Positions 38,846 to 50,621 of a stretch of DNA of 64,000 bases are shown one piece after another. Both the position numbers and the translations under genes were made by a program. How positions within the stretch are numbered: position 1 is the stretch's first letter; every line of letters begins with the position of its first letter. The DNA is from Gammaproteobacteria bacterium (GTDB lineage: Bacteria; Pseudomonadota; Gammaproteobacteria; Steroidobacterales; JBCCMA01): NCBI GenBank assembly GCA_045107005.1, contig JBGCFP010000018.1, positions 48-64,047 of the forward strand. The letters are read 5' to 3'. Below the pieces are notes generated by a model. It made no database searches and had not been told where the DNA came from. It was given only the letters and a program-made list of their open reading frames with translations.

Positions 38846-39753
38846 GGTGAAGCCGCTCCGGCAATTTCCAAATAGATTTCGTGCAGACTTGGTTGCCGCG
38901 CGTTGATGGACACGATGCGACCAACGTCGCCCAGCCACGTCAGCGCCTCATTCAGATCGTGGCCAGCGCCCGGTCGCAGCTGTATTCGATCACCGTCAAG
39001 GTCAAACTCGCCCGGGGCATTCACAACGGCACTGCGATCTATCCGCGTATCGTAGCGTGCTTCAATCGTCGCACTGCAGCCTGACTGAGCGCTGATCTCT
39101 TCGAATTTACCCGCTGCGACAACTTCGCCGCTTGCCATCAAAATAATGTCGTCGGCAAGTCGCTGCACGAGATCCATCTGATGAGCGCTGAACACAATCG
39201 CCATGCCTTCGTCGCGCAGTTCTTTTAAAAACCTGAGCATGCGCTCCTGATTCAGCGGATCAAAACCCGAGAACGGTTCGTCGATAATAGCGATCCTTGG
39301 TCCGTGCACGACGGCCGAGATGAACTGGACTTTTTGTTGATTGCCCTTGGACAAGGTTTGCACTTTGTCATCCCGGCGATCCCACAGTTCAAAGCGCTCC
39401 AGCCAGTGTTGCGCCGACGTTGCGGCCGCTGACGCCGACATGCCGCGAATCTGCCCGAAGTAAACCAGACCTTCGAGCACCGGTCGCTCGACGTAGAGTC
39501 CGCGCTCTTCGGGAAGGTAGCCGATTTCAGCCGACGGCAACTGATCGTGTTGTTGTCCGTTCGCGTCCGTGTAATCGATCGTGCCGCTGTCTTTTGGTGT
39601 AAGACCGACCAGCATTCTAATCGTCGTCGTTTTGCCCGCGCCGTTGGGCCCAAGCAAAGCCAGCATCTGACCGCTTTGCACCGCCAGCGAAACCGATTTC
39701 ACGGCATCGACGGAACCGTAGGATTTTCTTAACCCGTCAGCCGCTAGCATCAA
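38842..39753 (-). CDS. ABC transporter ATP-binding protein (NatA-like, C-terminal DUF4162-like extension)
   Basis: Walker A GPNGAGKTT, signature LSKGNQQKV and Walker B IAIIDEPFSGFD. Confidence 0.85.
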   Translation of the reverse strand: MMLAADGLRKSYGSVDAVKSVSLAVQSGQMLALLGPNGAGKTTTIRMLVGLTPKDSGTIDYTDANGQQHDQLPSAEIGYLPEERGLYVERPVLEGLVYFGQIRGMSASAAATSAQHWLERFELWDRRDDKVQTLSKGNQQKVQFISAVVHGPRIAIIDEPFSGFDPLNQERMLRFLKELRDEGMAIVFSAHQMDLVQRLADDIILMASGEVVAAGKFEEISAQSGCSATIEARYDTRIDRSAVVNAPGEFDLDGDRIQLRPGAGHDLNEALTWLGDVGRIVSINARQPSLHEIYLEIAGAASP

Positions 39754-39793
39754 GGCACGACGCCTGACAGGCCGCTTCTAGGCGCCGACCGTA

Positions 39794-40117
39794 CTAACTA
39801 TCACTAACATCAATGTAACCGCGCTCAATCATGGTCTCGAGTGAGCTGACCGCTTCGATCAGTTCATCGCAATGCTCGCGCGCGCTGCGCAGCGCCGTGA
39901 CGTCCGAGGGTGCGCTGCCCCCTTCGGTCTCCTCTGCCAATGCGAACAGCGCCTGCAAATAATCGGCTCTGGCGTGCGCTACCATTTTCATCACCGGCTC
40001 AAGTTCGCGCAAGCCGATGGTGTCAATCACCGGGTTGATCACCGCTCGATTGATTTCACGCACATTTTGCTCAAAATTCATTAACAGCCGTCGTTTCTGC
40101 TTGCCGGAACTTTCCAT
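39794..40117 (-). CDS. small helical hypothetical protein
   Basis: 107-aa ORF upstream of the ABC pair. No family recognised. Confidence 0.35.
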   Translation of the reverse strand: MESSGKQKRRLLMNFEQNVREINRAVINPVIDTIGLRELEPVMKMVAHARADYLQALFALAEETEGGSAPSDVTALRSAREHCDELIEAVSSLETMIERGYIDVSDS

Positions 40118-40296
40118 GATTTACCGTCCTGATTTTCAAGTGGGCACAGGCGTTATTGTAATGCATCGTGGCGGTCTGTCGTGTGTCGACAGACGCGGGT
40201 GCACGGCTCGAATCCTCACAACTATGAGAAATGGGCGACATGCTGCCCAATCTGGTGTCAAACTAAGGCCACACGATTTACTGGTAACTGCTATCG

Positions 40297-41343
40297 ATGA
40301 TGACGTTCAGGTCATTTCAAACGTTGATCGCCGCGAGTGCGTTGATCCTGCTCAGCGCATGCGGCGGCGGCGGCGGTGACGCATCGCCCGGACCGTTATC
40401 GCCAGCGGGCTTTGTCGCCACGTCTGTCGAAGGCGCGCTGAACTTTGCCGTCGATAGCGGCATAGACGGCGTTTGGGTTTACGTTGACGACGGGGTTGCT
40501 CCGCCCAGTGCAAAAGCGTCGGGCGTGCAAAACCGCATAACCCAGGCACCCGCGCGCGAAGCGGATCTGTTCAAGATCGCGAGCATCAGCAAACTGTTTA
40601 TTGCCGTCAGCGCGGTAAAACTGATCGACGGCGGGATGCTGCGCCTTAGCGACACCCTGGCGTTCTGGCTACCCGCGGAAGCGGCACGCATCGACAACGC
40701 CGATCAAATCACCGTGCGCCAACTGCTGCTGCATCGGAGCGGCGTCCCGGACTTCGACAGCCAGGCCGGCTTCAGCTGGACGCGACCGCACACCGACGAT
40801 CAGGCATTGCTGGACATCGTTTTCGATCTGCCAGCCGATTTCGAGCCCGATGCCCGCTACGAATACTCGAACACCAACTATCTGCTGCTCGGTCGCGTGC
40901 TGAACGCCGCGCTGGGCTATCACCATCATGATTTCGTGCAGAATGCGATTTTGTCACCGCTGGGTATGTCCGACACGTTTTTGGTACTGGGCGACACTGA
41001 TTTGGCGCTGCTCGCGCGCGGCTATTGGGATGGCGTTGACCGCACAGGGCAGGACTACGCCATCGTTGGTGGCTCCATGGTCTCCACGCCCAAAGATGTC
41101 GGTGTCTTTATCCGGGCGTTGGCGACAGGAAATCTGCTGACTACCAATGAGCGCAGCATTTACCGTTCCCTGTTTGACAGCTTTGGGCACTCCGGTTGGC
41201 TACCGGGATTTCAAAGCCGGGCACGTTATTACGCGGATGTTGATACGGTCGTCGTGCAGTTCATCAACAACACGGGCGGCGACAGTGAGCAGGTGGCCGC
41301 CCGGATGCACGACGCGCTGGTGACGTTGTTGCGCGGCCCTTGA
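40297..41343 (+). CDS. serine hydrolase (beta-lactamase/PBP4-like family) lipoprotein
   Basis: Lipobox LLSACGGGGGD, SxxK motif (ASISKLF) and YSNTNY motif. Confidence 0.75.
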   Translation: MMTFRSFQTLIAASALILLSACGGGGGDASPGPLSPAGFVATSVEGALNFAVDSGIDGVWVYVDDGVAPPSAKASGVQNRITQAPAREADLFKIASISKLFIAVSAVKLIDGGMLRLSDTLAFWLPAEAARIDNADQITVRQLLLHRSGVPDFDSQAGFSWTRPHTDDQALLDIVFDLPADFEPDARYEYSNTNYLLLGRVLNAALGYHHHDFVQNAILSPLGMSDTFLVLGDTDLALLARGYWDGVDRTGQDYAIVGGSMVSTPKDVGVFIRALATGNLLTTNERSIYRSLFDSFGHSGWLPGFQSRARYYADVDTVVVQFINNTGGDSEQVAARMHDALVTLLRGP

Positions 41344-41358
41344 AGCACAACGTAGGCA

Positions 41359-41625
41359 TCAAAAATCCGGATGGGTCTTAATGTCTAGCTCTCCGACAAT
41401 GAACTTGCAGACCAGCACCTGTTTGCCGCGGCGATTTACGCTTTCACGCAGCTCGGTAGACACCGCGTCAAACACCCGGTCGTAATCGCCACAGACCTGC
41501 GTGCTCATGGCGTTGGTCACCAGAGTCAGGCCGTCGTGCTTGCGCAGGGCACGAACAAATTCCTTCACGACATCAAGATATTCATCGCTCAGCGGATAGA
41601 GACTGATTTCAGCTGTCAGCTTCAT
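41359..41625 (-). CDS. YkoF/MTH1187-like small protein (thiamine-binding fold?)
   Basis: 88 aa. MKLTAEISLYPLSDEYLDVVKEFV resembles this family. Assignment is from memory only. Confidence 0.4.
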   Translation of the reverse strand: MKLTAEISLYPLSDEYLDVVKEFVRALRKHDGLTLVTNAMSTQVCGDYDRVFDAVSTELRESVNRRGKQVLVCKFIVGELDIKTHPDF

Positions 41626-41732
41626 GGCTAATTCTGCTCGGCAAAAACCCTATTATGCGCGGCGGCACCGGCAAAAGCGCGTATGATCCACAGGTAACGC
41701 TTCGGTCTTATCAACAAAAAGGAACGCGGGCC

Positions 41733-42314
41733 ATGTGGCTACGATTTGCGCTAATCAGTTCGGGGCTCACCCTGCTCATTCATTTGGTCATGTTGGTGAT
41801 TACCGGACAGAACCCGATCGTGATGCCGGTCAGCGAGCTCAGCCGCCACGCGTTCGGGATGCTGCATACGGCCGCTCTGGTGCTGTTTGGCGGTGCGCAC
41901 ATCGCGCTCGCCATCGCTCTTGGCGGAATGGATCGCGGGCGGCTGTGGCCCATCGCACGTGGCTTGCTCATCGCCGCCGGCATCGGTCTTATCTATGTGG
42001 CCTATTATTATCTGACGGCGTCAGACGTCGAAATCAGCACGCCGGGCGCTGACATCCGCCTGTGGATCGTCGCGAGCCTCACCGGAGCGGCCATGGGCGC
42101 GTTGCAGCCTGGTCTGTCACGTCAGGCGCGCCGCCTGGGTATTTTGAGTACGGTCTGCCTGGGCTTGTGGCTGTGGATGGTCCCCGTGTTCTTTTTCGTC
42201 GACGATACCTGGATCGGCGCCTATCAGCGCACCGTGGGCGCAATCTACGTGTTCTGGCTCACCAGCGTGTCGCTGGGCCTGCTGCGCAATCCGGAACTGC
42301 CCCGCGCGGCCTGA
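41733..42314 (+). CDS. polytopic membrane protein (DUF998-like?)
   Basis: ORF 41655..42314 trimmed to ATG 41733 (MWLRFALISSGLTLLIHL...). Six hydrophobic helices. Confidence 0.4.
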   Translation: MWLRFALISSGLTLLIHLVMLVITGQNPIVMPVSELSRHAFGMLHTAALVLFGGAHIALAIALGGMDRGRLWPIARGLLIAAGIGLIYVAYYYLTASDVEISTPGADIRLWIVASLTGAAMGALQPGLSRQARRLGILSTVCLGLWLWMVPVFFFVDDTWIGAYQRTVGAIYVFWLTSVSLGLLRNPELPRAA

Positions 42315-42424
42315 GGATTGCCTGCGCAGCGGCTGGGCTCAGAAAAATTGCCACGACCAGAACGCCATTGACCTGTGGCGGTCCGAATACACTTACCGCT
42401 GATTTTGAACACGGGAACGCGAAC

Positions 42425-42973
42425 ATGAAAAACGCCTTATTGGCCGCCGTGCTGTTGCTGTGCCACCAAGCCGTGGCCAACGATGACATCATCAACTATT
42501 TCCACTACTCGCCGACGTTTGCGAGCAGCGGCCAGCCGACCGCAGAGCAGCTCAAACGGTTACGCGACGACGGCTTGAAACGCATCGTTTACATTGCCTA
42601 CAGCGATCACGAGCGCTCCCTGGCCAACGAAGACCGCATCGCGAAACGTCTCGGAATGGAATATATCCATATCCCGGTGGAATGGTCCGCGCCGACCGTG
42701 TCGGATTTCGAACTGTTTGCCAGCGTCATGCAGCAGGACGCGAGCAAATCCACCTTACTGCACTGCCAAATGAATTTTCGCGCCACCGCTTTTGCGATGA
42801 TGTACCGCGTGATCCACGAGGACGTGCCGGTGGCCAAAGCCAAGGCAGAGATGAACGCCGTCTGGACACCGAATGAAACCTGGACCAAGCTGATATTCGA
42901 CGTGCTGCAGGCGGCGAACATCGATCCGCACTGCGACGGTTGCGACTGGACGCCAGCCAAACCGCAGCACTAA
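42425..42973 (+). CDS. secreted phosphatase-fold protein (DUF442/PTP-like, HC-x4-R motif)
   Basis: ATG 42425 (MKNALLAAVLLLCHQAVA...). LLHCQMNFRAT motif. The long upstream extension of ORF 42062 overlaps the previous gene and is rejected. Confidence 0.45.
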   Translation: MKNALLAAVLLLCHQAVANDDIINYFHYSPTFASSGQPTAEQLKRLRDDGLKRIVYIAYSDHERSLANEDRIAKRLGMEYIHIPVEWSAPTVSDFELFASVMQQDASKSTLLHCQMNFRATAFAMMYRVIHEDVPVAKAKAEMNAVWTPNETWTKLIFDVLQAANIDPHCDGCDWTPAKPQH

Positions 42974-42990
42974 ACGCAGACCCTTTTCGC

Positions 42991-44685
42991 CTACAGAATA
43001 CCCGGCAGCTTCAGGCCTTTGTCACGGGCTGTGCTCAGCGCCTTTGCGTAGCCGGCGTCCGCGTGACGCATGACGCCAGTCGCCGGATCGTTCCACAACA
43101 CGCGACCGATTCTGGCGTCCGCCTCGTCGGTCCCGTCGCACACAATGACCACGCCGGAGTGCTGCGAGTAACCCATGCCCACACCACCGCCGTGGTGCAG
43201 CGACACCCAGGTCGCACCGCCTGCGGTATTGAGCATGGCGTTGAGCAACGGCCAGTCGGAGACCGCATCGGAGCCGTCGCGCATCGCCTCGGTTTCGCGA
43301 TTTGGGCTCGCCACCGAACCGGCGTCCAGATGATCGCGTCCGATCACGACCGGCGCCTTGAGCTCACCCTTGCGCACCATCTCGTTGAACGCCAGACCGA
43401 GGCGATGACGATCGCCAAGACCCACCCAGCAAATGCGCGCCGGCAAGCCCTGAAACGCGATACGCTCGCGGGCCATGTCCAGCCAGTTGTGCAGATGCTT
43501 GTCGTCGGGCATCAGCTCGCGCACTTTCTGATCGGTGCGATAAATGTCCTCCGGGTCGCCAGACAGTGCCACCCAGCGAAACGGCCCTTTGCCCTCGCAG
43601 AACAGCGGTCGAATGTAGGCCGGTACAAAACCCGGAAAATCGAACGCGTTGCGCACCCCTTCGTCCTTGGCTTGCTGACGAATGTTGTTGCCGTAATCCA
43701 CCGCGATCACGCCGGCATCCTGCATCGCCAGCATGGCTTCGACGTGACGCGCCATGGACGTGCGCGCGGCGCCTGCCACTTGATCCGGTGCCGATGACGC
43801 ACGCTCGCGCCAGGTCTGAACATCCCAACCCACCGGCAAATACCCGTTGATCGGATCGTGGGCGGAGGTTTGATCGGTGACAACATCGGGCAGCTGGCCG
43901 TGCTCAAGGATTTGCGGCAGCAGGTCAGCCGCATTCCCACACAACGCAACCGAGATGGCTTTGCCGTTATCGGTGGCCTCCTGGACCATGCCGAGCGCTT
44001 CTTGCAAAGACTGGGCCTTCACATCGACGTAGCGCGTGCGCAGTCGAAAATCGATGCGCGTCTCATCGCACTCGATGGCAAGCATAGAGTAACCCGCCAT
44101 GGTGGCGGCCAGCGGTTGCGCGCCGCCCATACCACCCAAACCTGCCGTGAGAATCCAGCGACCCTTGGCGACGCCACCGAAATGCTGGCGCGCCATTTCC
44201 ACAAACGTTTCGTACGTGCCCTGCACGATGCCCTGGCTGCCGATGTAGATCCACGAGCCAGCCGTCATCTGGCCGTACATCATCAAACCTTTTGCATCGA
44301 GCTCGTTGAAGTGCTCCCAACTCGCCCACTGCGGCACGAGATTGGAATTGGCGATGAGGACGCGCGGTGCGTTTTCATGGGTCTTGAACACACCCACCGG
44401 TTTGCCCGACTGCACCAGAAGCGATTCATCGAGTTCGAGCTTTTGCAACGCGTCGCAGATTTGCTCGAAGCAGTCCCAGTTGCGCGCAGCACGACCAATG
44501 CCGCCGTAGACCACCAGATCGTCGGGTCGTTCGGCAACCTCAGGGTCGAGGTTGTTCATCAACATGCGCAGAGCGGCTTCGCTTTGCCAGTTTTTACAGC
44601 TCAACGTCGTGCCGTGCGCCGCTCGCACAACGCGCGGTTTGGCGGTGACATGTTGGTCGCGTGGAAAAGGGGTTGCGGTTGCCAT
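42991..44685 (-). CDS. hutU: urocanate hydratase
   Basis: 564 aa of unmistakable urocanase sequence ([30 protein letters not shown]). Confidence 0.95.
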   Translation of the reverse strand: MATATPFPRDQHVTAKPRVVRAAHGTTLSCKNWQSEAALRMLMNNLDPEVAERPDDLVVYGGIGRAARNWDCFEQICDALQKLELDESLLVQSGKPVGVFKTHENAPRVLIANSNLVPQWASWEHFNELDAKGLMMYGQMTAGSWIYIGSQGIVQGTYETFVEMARQHFGGVAKGRWILTAGLGGMGGAQPLAATMAGYSMLAIECDETRIDFRLRTRYVDVKAQSLQEALGMVQEATDNGKAISVALCGNAADLLPQILEHGQLPDVVTDQTSAHDPINGYLPVGWDVQTWRERASSAPDQVAGAARTSMARHVEAMLAMQDAGVIAVDYGNNIRQQAKDEGVRNAFDFPGFVPAYIRPLFCEGKGPFRWVALSGDPEDIYRTDQKVRELMPDDKHLHNWLDMARERIAFQGLPARICWVGLGDRHRLGLAFNEMVRKGELKAPVVIGRDHLDAGSVASPNRETEAMRDGSDAVSDWPLLNAMLNTAGGATWVSLHHGGGVGMGYSQHSGVVIVCDGTDEADARIGRVLWNDPATGVMRHADAGYAKALSTARDKGLKLPGIL

Positions 44686-44698
44686 AGCTGCCTCGCAG

Positions 44699-45439
44699 TT
44701 AGTCAGTGGAGTAGCGCGCGACCAGATCGTAGCGACTACCGGGATAAGTGAGGGCCACGTGCGTCACCACGCGACCGTCGATAAACGTTCGCCGGGTCAA
44801 TCGCAGACACGGCTCGTCGCGTTCGATCTGCAGACGTTTGGCGAGCGCCGCGTCGGGCGTCACGGCCTGCACACGATGCTCCATTTCGTCGGGACGAAAG
44901 CGCTTCATCAGATACGCCGTCGGGGTCACGACGGCGAAATCCTGGTCCAGAAATTTTGGTGCCAGCGCCGGGTTAACCACGCGGTCTTCGACCTGGATCG
45001 GTACGTCGTTGTCGAAATGCACGAGCACAGCGCGAAACACCTCGGCGCCCGCTGCCAGTTCCAGCTGCTCCGCCAGCGCCCGCGACGCGCTCTCGAGACG
45101 CAGTCGCACGACGTGTGCGCGATGGGACCGCCCGCGCTGCTCAATTTCCTGTGCGATGTCCTTGAGTTCGATCAGACTCGCGTGCGCCACCGGCGCTGCG
45201 ACAAACGTACCGACACCGTGCACACGCTCCACGTGACCTTCCTGCTGCAGTTCTCGCAGCGCCCGGTTCACCGTCATACGGCTAACGCCCAGCCGATCGA
45301 CCCACTCATTTTCCGACGGCAGTCGACGTCCGGCCGACCAGTGGCCGGCACGAATACGCTGACGCACCAGATCTTTTATTTGTTGATACTTTGGCCGCGC
45401 GTCGTTGGACACCAGGCTCAAATCCAGCCGTGAGCTCAT
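44699..45439 (-). CDS. hutC: histidine utilisation repressor (GntR/HutC family)
   Basis: ATG 45439 overlaps the hutI stop. wHTH is [31 protein letters not shown], followed by a UTRA domain. Confidence 0.85.
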   Translation of the reverse strand: MSSRLDLSLVSNDARPKYQQIKDLVRQRIRAGHWSAGRRLPSENEWVDRLGVSRMTVNRALRELQQEGHVERVHGVGTFVAAPVAHASLIELKDIAQEIEQRGRSHRAHVVRLRLESASRALAEQLELAAGAEVFRAVLVHFDNDVPIQVEDRVVNPALAPKFLDQDFAVVTPTAYLMKRFRPDEMEHRVQAVTPDAALAKRLQIERDEPCLRLTRRTFIDGRVVTHVALTYPGSRYDLVARYSTD

Positions 45440-46656
45440 CGCAACTGCCCTTTCCACATCACCGCTCTGCACGGATTGCCGCCCACGCGATAACTCAGCT
45501 CAGCCGGTGAGTGCACGTCCCACAGCACAAGGTCAGCGCGTTTGCCCACTTTGATGCTGCCCACGTCATGCGCACAACCGAGCGCAGCGGCTGCGTTGCG
45601 CGTCACGCCGAGCAGAGCTTCAAGCGGGGTTAACTGAAACAACGTGCACCCCATACTCAGCATAAGCAGCAGTGACGTGACCGGCGAGGTGCCAGGATTG
45701 CAATCGGTGGCCAGCGCCATGCGCACACCCTGAGCGCGCAGCGCGGCCACTGGCGGGCGCTGCGTCTCGCGCAAACAGTAGAAAGCACCTGGCAACAATA
45801 CGGCGGTCGTGTCATTGGCCGCTAACGCAGGCACGTCACGTTCGGACAGAAACTCCAGATGATCCACCGATAGCGCGCCACGACCAGCCGCCATGGAAGC
45901 ACCGCCAAGATCCGACAACTGCTCGGCGTGCAATCGTAAGGCCAAGCCGTGCTTCGTCGCGGCGTCATACAATCGTGCCACCTGATCGCACGAAAACCCG
46001 ATGCCCTCGCAATAGGCATCCACCGCGTCGGCCAAACCCTCTGCCGCCACCGCCGGCAACATGTCCGAGCAGACATGATCAATGTAACCGTCCGGATCGC
46101 CCTTGAATTCCGGCGGCAACGCGTGCGCGCCGAGAAACGACGTGTGCACCGACACGCCACGCTCACCAAGGCGTCGCGCCACGCGCAGCATTTTGCATTC
46201 GCTCTCGGTGGTCAGGCCGTAGCCCGACTTGATTTCCACGGTCGTCACCCCTTCGCGCAGCAACGCGTCGAGACGTTGCGCTGACTGCACGTACAGCGCG
46301 TCGTCAGACGCGGCGCGTGTCGAGCGCACCGTTGACGCTATGCCGCCGCCGGCCCGGGCAATGGCCGCGTAGCTTTCGCCATTCAATCGACGCTCAAATT
46401 CGTCGGCCCGCGTACCGGCGTAAACCAGGTGGGTGTGGCAATCAATCAGGCCGGGGGTCACCAGTGCACCCCCGCAGTCCAGAGAACTGCGCGCTGGCGG
46501 CGCCGACACCGCTTTGCCTACCCACGCAATGCGCTCGCCACGTACGCCGACGGCTCCGTGGTTGATCAAGCCATAACCACCCGTGTCGTCGAGTGTTGCG
46601 ACGGTGGCGTTGGTCCAGAGATAGTCTAAGGGCTGTTCAGTCACGGGTGGTTGCAT
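45436..46656 (-). CDS. hutI: imidazolonepropionase
   Basis: 406 aa. [17 protein letters not shown] and amidohydrolase motifs. Confidence 0.9.
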   Translation of the reverse strand: MQPPVTEQPLDYLWTNATVATLDDTGGYGLINHGAVGVRGERIAWVGKAVSAPPARSSLDCGGALVTPGLIDCHTHLVYAGTRADEFERRLNGESYAAIARAGGGIASTVRSTRAASDDALYVQSAQRLDALLREGVTTVEIKSGYGLTTESECKMLRVARRLGERGVSVHTSFLGAHALPPEFKGDPDGYIDHVCSDMLPAVAAEGLADAVDAYCEGIGFSCDQVARLYDAATKHGLALRLHAEQLSDLGGASMAAGRGALSVDHLEFLSERDVPALAANDTTAVLLPGAFYCLRETQRPPVAALRAQGVRMALATDCNPGTSPVTSLLLMLSMGCTLFQLTPLEALLGVTRNAAAALGCAHDVGSIKVGKRADLVLWDVHSPAELSYRVGGNPCRAVMWKGQLR

Positions 46657-46659
46657 GCA

Positions 46660-46677
46660 CAGGTCTATACAAGTACA
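46660..46677. promoter_or_regulatory. candidate HutC operator in the divergent hutI / hutF control region
   Basis: caGGTCTATACAAGTAC contains the GT-n-TA-n-AC core (GTCTATAC, 46663-46670) typical of HutC-subfamily operators. Its reverse complement, CTTGTATAGACC, resembles published enterobacterial/pseudomonad hut operators as I recall them. Confidence 0.5.
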
Positions 46678-46729
46678 TTTATGCTATCAAATCTTCTGGC
46701 AAACCGAAACCGCACACTGAGCCACCCTG

Positions 46730-48112
46730 ATGATCCACCCGGTTCCTGCAGCACATTTCTTTGAGCGAGCCCTAGTTGATGGCGAGGTGTGCCATAACGT
46801 ACGCCTGCTCGTGAATCCGTCCGGGTTCATCGACAGCGTGAATGCCAATCAGACCGCGCACGCCGACGATCGCCGGCACGCCGCCGGTCTGGCCGGCATG
46901 CCCAACACCCACAGTCACGCGCACCAGTATGCGCTGGCCGGTCGCACCGAGCGAGCCAGCGAGCAAGACGATAATTTCTGGAGCTGGCGTACGGCCATGT
47001 ATCGCTTCGTGGCGCGCATGGAGCCGGAGCAGTTACAAGCGGTCGCGGCGCAGCTCTACGTCGATCTGCTCAAGGGCGGCTATACCAGCGTCGGCGAATT
47101 TCACTACGTGCATCACGATCGCGACGGCGCGCCGTTCAGCGACATCGCCCTGATGTCCGAGCAGCTACTCGCAGCCGCACAGGCGGCAGGCATTGGTATC
47201 ACCGTATTGCCGGTGCTGTATCGCTACGGAGACTTCGCCAAGAGTGCGCCGAGCCGCGAGCAACGCCGCTTTATTAACGATCCGGAATCTTACCTGCGCA
47301 TCGTCTCAGCGCTTGGCACCGCGGTGCGCGATGAGCCGCTGCAAAGCGTCGGCCTCGCGCCGCATTCGTTACGCGCGGTCAGCCCCGAGCTTCTGGCCGA
47401 AGTATTGGCGGGCTCGCCGCTGGGCGATGATGCGCCTGTGCACATTCACGTCGCGGAGCAGACGCGGGAAGTCGCCGACGCGCGGCGAGTGTTGAAAAAG
47501 GCACCCGTCGAATTTCTGCTGGACAACTTCGACGTGGACCGTCGCTGGTGTCTGATACACGCCACGCATATGAGCGCCGACGAAACCGAGCGCCTGGCAC
47601 AGTCCGGCGCGGTCGCGGGCATCTGCCCAACGACCGAAGCCAATCTGGGCGACGGACTGTTTCCCACGCATCGCTACTGCACGCACGGCGGCCAGCTCGC
47701 CGTGGGCTCGGACAGTAACGTCGCAACCGATGCGGTCGGCGAACTGCGCCTGCTCGAATACGTGCAGCGTCTCAAGCGCCGTGAACGCAACGTGCTGGCG
47801 GGGCGCCCTGGCGCCAGCACCGGCGAGCAGCTGCTGACCCGCGCCCAGGTTGGTGGTGCGCAAGCGCTCGGCCAGGCGGTCGGCAGTCTGAGTGCCGGCC
47901 GGCGGGCTGATTTCGTCACCCTCAATACTGACGATCCCATGTTGATCGCCCGCGAACAGGACGTGTTCGATGCTTACGTTTTTGCCGCTGGCGCTCGCGC
48001 CGTGCGCGATGTCTATGTGGCCGGTCAGCAGGTGATCGATCAAGGTCACCACGCAAAAGAAGACGAGATACTGCGGGCCTTTCGCGCCGCACTGGAAACC
48101 GCTACGCCATGA
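46730..48112 (+). CDS. hutF: formimidoylglutamate deiminase
   Basis: 460 aa amidohydrolase with [11 protein letters not shown] and a HutF-like length. Coupled to hutH. Confidence 0.85.
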   Translation: MIHPVPAAHFFERALVDGEVCHNVRLLVNPSGFIDSVNANQTAHADDRRHAAGLAGMPNTHSHAHQYALAGRTERASEQDDNFWSWRTAMYRFVARMEPEQLQAVAAQLYVDLLKGGYTSVGEFHYVHHDRDGAPFSDIALMSEQLLAAAQAAGIGITVLPVLYRYGDFAKSAPSREQRRFINDPESYLRIVSALGTAVRDEPLQSVGLAPHSLRAVSPELLAEVLAGSPLGDDAPVHIHVAEQTREVADARRVLKKAPVEFLLDNFDVDRRWCLIHATHMSADETERLAQSGAVAGICPTTEANLGDGLFPTHRYCTHGGQLAVGSDSNVATDAVGELRLLEYVQRLKRRERNVLAGRPGASTGEQLLTRAQVGGAQALGQAVGSLSAGRRADFVTLNTDDPMLIAREQDVFDAYVFAAGARAVRDVYVAGQQVIDQGHHAKEDEILRAFRAALETATP

Positions 48113-49635
48113 AACCCTCACTCACCCTGACACCTGGAACGCTAACGCTCGATCAGCTGCGTCGCGCATTTTTTTCACCCCATCAGATTGAGCTTGATCA
48201 CGACGTTGGCGCCGCCATTGATCGCGGTCGGGCCACGGTTGATGCGGTCATCGAACGCGACGAAGTCACCTACGGCATCAACACCGGCTTCGGACGCCTT
48301 GCTCAAAAGACCATCGAGACAGCGCGCCTCAGTGAGCTACAGCGCAACCTTATTCTGTCTCACGGCACCGGCGTCGGGCCGCTGCTCGATGACGCCACCG
48401 TGCGCATGATCTTGCTACTGAAGATCAATGCTCTGGCGCGCGGCTATTCGGGCGTGCGCAAGCGCCTGGTCAACGCACTGGTCACGTTGCACAACCGGCA
48501 GCTCTACCCGGCCATCCCGTGCAAGGGCTCCGTCGGCGCGTCAGGCGATCTGGCACCGTTGGCACACATGAGCTTGCCGCTAATGGGTCTTGGCGAGGTG
48601 CGCCACAACGGCGTGCTTCAGGACAGCGCGACGGCACTGGGCGAAGTGGGACTCAACCCGCTCGAACTGAAAGCCAAAGAAGGTCTGGCGTTGCTTAACG
48701 GCACGCAAGTCTCGACCGCGCTGGCGTTGCGCGGACTGTTTGATGCCGAGCGCAACGTCAACGCGGCGATGATCACTGGCGCCATGACGGTCGAAGCCGC
48801 GCTCGGCAGCCGCACTCCGTTTGACGCCGACATCAGCGCGCTGCGTGGCCAGGCAGGTCAGATTGAAGCCGCACGAATCTACCGGCTGCTGCTCGAAGAC
48901 AGTCAGATTGGTCTCTCGCACGAGCACTGCGACCGAGTGCAGGACCCTTACTCGCTGCGCTGCCAGCCGCAGGTGATGGGCGCGTGCCTCGATCAAATGC
49001 GCCACGCGGCCAAGGTGTTGACGGTCGAAGCCAACGCGGTGTCTGACAATCCTCTGGTACTGCCGGACCGCGATGTGGTGCTGTCGGGCGGCAATTTTCA
49101 CGCCGAACCCGTCGCGCTGGTGGCGGACAATCTGGCGCTCGCCATCGCCGAGACCGGCGCGCTGTCAGAGCGTCGGATGGCGCTGCTGATCGATTCGAGC
49201 TTGAGTCAGCTGCCGCCGTTTCTGGTCGAAGATGCCGGCGTGAACTCGGGGTTCATGATCGCGCAGGTTACCGCTGCCGCGCTCGCCAGCGAAAACAAAT
49301 CGCTGGCGCATCCCGCCAGTGTGGACAGCTTGCCCACGTCGGCCAATCAGGAAGATCACGTGTCGATGGCGACGTTTGCCGCGCGGCGCTTGAGCGACAT
49401 GAACGAGAACACGCGTTATGTGCTGGCCGTTGAACTGCTGGCCGCCGCCCAGAGCATCGACTTGCGTCGACCGCTGCGCTCGAATCCCATCATCGAGGGC
49501 GCGCACGAGGCGGTGCGGACGGTCGTCGCAAAGTGGGAACAGGATCGCTACTTCCAACCCGATCTGGAAGCCGTCGCCGCACTGATCGGCGACGGTGTGT
49601 TTGGCACCTGGGTTAACGACTTCATCGGTCAATGA
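48109..49635 (+). CDS. hutH: histidine ammonia-lyase
   Basis: 508 aa. MIO-forming [14 protein letters not shown] motif. Confidence 0.95.
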   Translation: MKPSLTLTPGTLTLDQLRRAFFSPHQIELDHDVGAAIDRGRATVDAVIERDEVTYGINTGFGRLAQKTIETARLSELQRNLILSHGTGVGPLLDDATVRMILLLKINALARGYSGVRKRLVNALVTLHNRQLYPAIPCKGSVGASGDLAPLAHMSLPLMGLGEVRHNGVLQDSATALGEVGLNPLELKAKEGLALLNGTQVSTALALRGLFDAERNVNAAMITGAMTVEAALGSRTPFDADISALRGQAGQIEAARIYRLLLEDSQIGLSHEHCDRVQDPYSLRCQPQVMGACLDQMRHAAKVLTVEANAVSDNPLVLPDRDVVLSGGNFHAEPVALVADNLALAIAETGALSERRMALLIDSSLSQLPPFLVEDAGVNSGFMIAQVTAAALASENKSLAHPASVDSLPTSANQEDHVSMATFAARRLSDMNENTRYVLAVELLAAAQSIDLRRPLRSNPIIEGAHEAVRTVVAKWEQDRYFQPDLEAVAALIGDGVFGTWVNDFIGQ

Positions 49636-50411
49636 GCTTCACGCTGACGCGCGGCCACGTACCGCTGCTAATCAGCTTTCCACACAGTGGCACCCACTTG
49701 CCGGCGTCGATCGCCTCAACCATGACCGATCACGCGCGAACGGTCCCGGACACAGATTGGCACGTGCCCGCGCTGTACGCGTTTGCACGTTCGCTGGGCG
49801 CGTGGACACTCGAAGCTCACCTCAGTCGCTACGTGATCGATCTCAATCGCGACCCAACGGACACCAATCTGTATCCGGGGCAATCCACGACGTCGCTGTG
49901 TCCGGTCGACACGTTCGAGCATCAGCCGGTGTATCAGACGGGGCGCGAACCGACCACCAACGACATCGAACAGCGCGTCACCGCTTACTGGCAGCCCTAC
50001 CATTCGACGCTGGACAACTCGCTTAACCAACTCAAGCGCGAGCACGGCTATGCCGTGCTTTACGACGCGCACTCCATCCGCTCACAGGTACCCCGTTTTT
50101 TCGACGGCACGCTCAGCGATTTGAATCTCGGCACCGCACGCGGTGCCAGCTGTGGCAAGGAGCGACGAGATGGCGCGGTACGCCTTCTCGAGCAGGGCCA
50201 CTGGAGTGCCGTCGTTGATCAACGTTTTGTCGGCGGCTACATCACGCGACACTACGGTGATCCGGCCAACAACGTGCACGCCGTACAAATGGAAATCGCC
50301 CAGAGTGCGTACATGAGCGAGGACAGTGATCGCGCACTGCAGCCGCTCAAGGCCCGGGCGCTGAGCGCGCAGTTGCAAAGGCTGTGCGAGTTCCTGCTGC
50401 AACCACGCTGA
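49632..50411 (+). CDS. hutG: N-formylglutamate amidohydrolase
   Basis: 259 aa. SFPHSGT...DTDWH...DLNRD motifs. Coupled to hutH. Confidence 0.85.
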   Translation: MSFTLTRGHVPLLISFPHSGTHLPASIASTMTDHARTVPDTDWHVPALYAFARSLGAWTLEAHLSRYVIDLNRDPTDTNLYPGQSTTSLCPVDTFEHQPVYQTGREPTTNDIEQRVTAYWQPYHSTLDNSLNQLKREHGYAVLYDAHSIRSQVPRFFDGTLSDLNLGTARGASCGKERRDGAVRLLEQGHWSAVVDQRFVGGYITRHYGDPANNVHAVQMEIAQSAYMSEDSDRALQPLKARALSAQLQRLCEFLLQPR

Positions 50412-50621
50412 GCGGCGCGCCCGGCCCTCGGTCAATCCCGATGAGGGGATGGACGGCAAAGTATCGCTGTAGAGAGTGCGGGCGACAGTCTCAAGGATGA
50501 AACAGCGCACACGGATGTGCTTCGCAATAGCAAAGAAATCAGTGGTTTGGAATCATAAGACGGTCACATTGCACTAAATAATCTTGACCGCAGGATCTGT
50601 CTTAATTCCAGACCTTGACCG

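Noticed and set aside
42062-42424. Long N-terminal extensions of track ORFs. Examples are 42062 for the phosphatase-fold gene, 51306 for csaA, 14494-14643 for ubiD, 6847-7014 for the ECF sigma and 9347-9475 for yciI.
   Set aside because: The extensions overlap the neighbouring genes in another frame, lack family-like sequence, and have internal starts that give proteins of canonical length, often with an RBS or signal peptide.
50455-50480. Sigma54-like GG...GC element (acGGcaaagtatcGCtg) upstream of the candidate sRNA, which would have suggested a CrcZ-like RNA.
   Set aside because: By my count, the spacing between the GG and GC dinucleotides is 9 nt rather than the required 10. The flanking bases also match the TGGCAC/TTGC consensus poorly.
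50497-50577. 26-codon basic ORF (MKQRTRMCFAIAKKSVVWNHKTVTLH) inside the candidate sRNA region.
   Set aside because: There is no properly spaced RBS and no supporting feature. The region is more plausibly non-coding.
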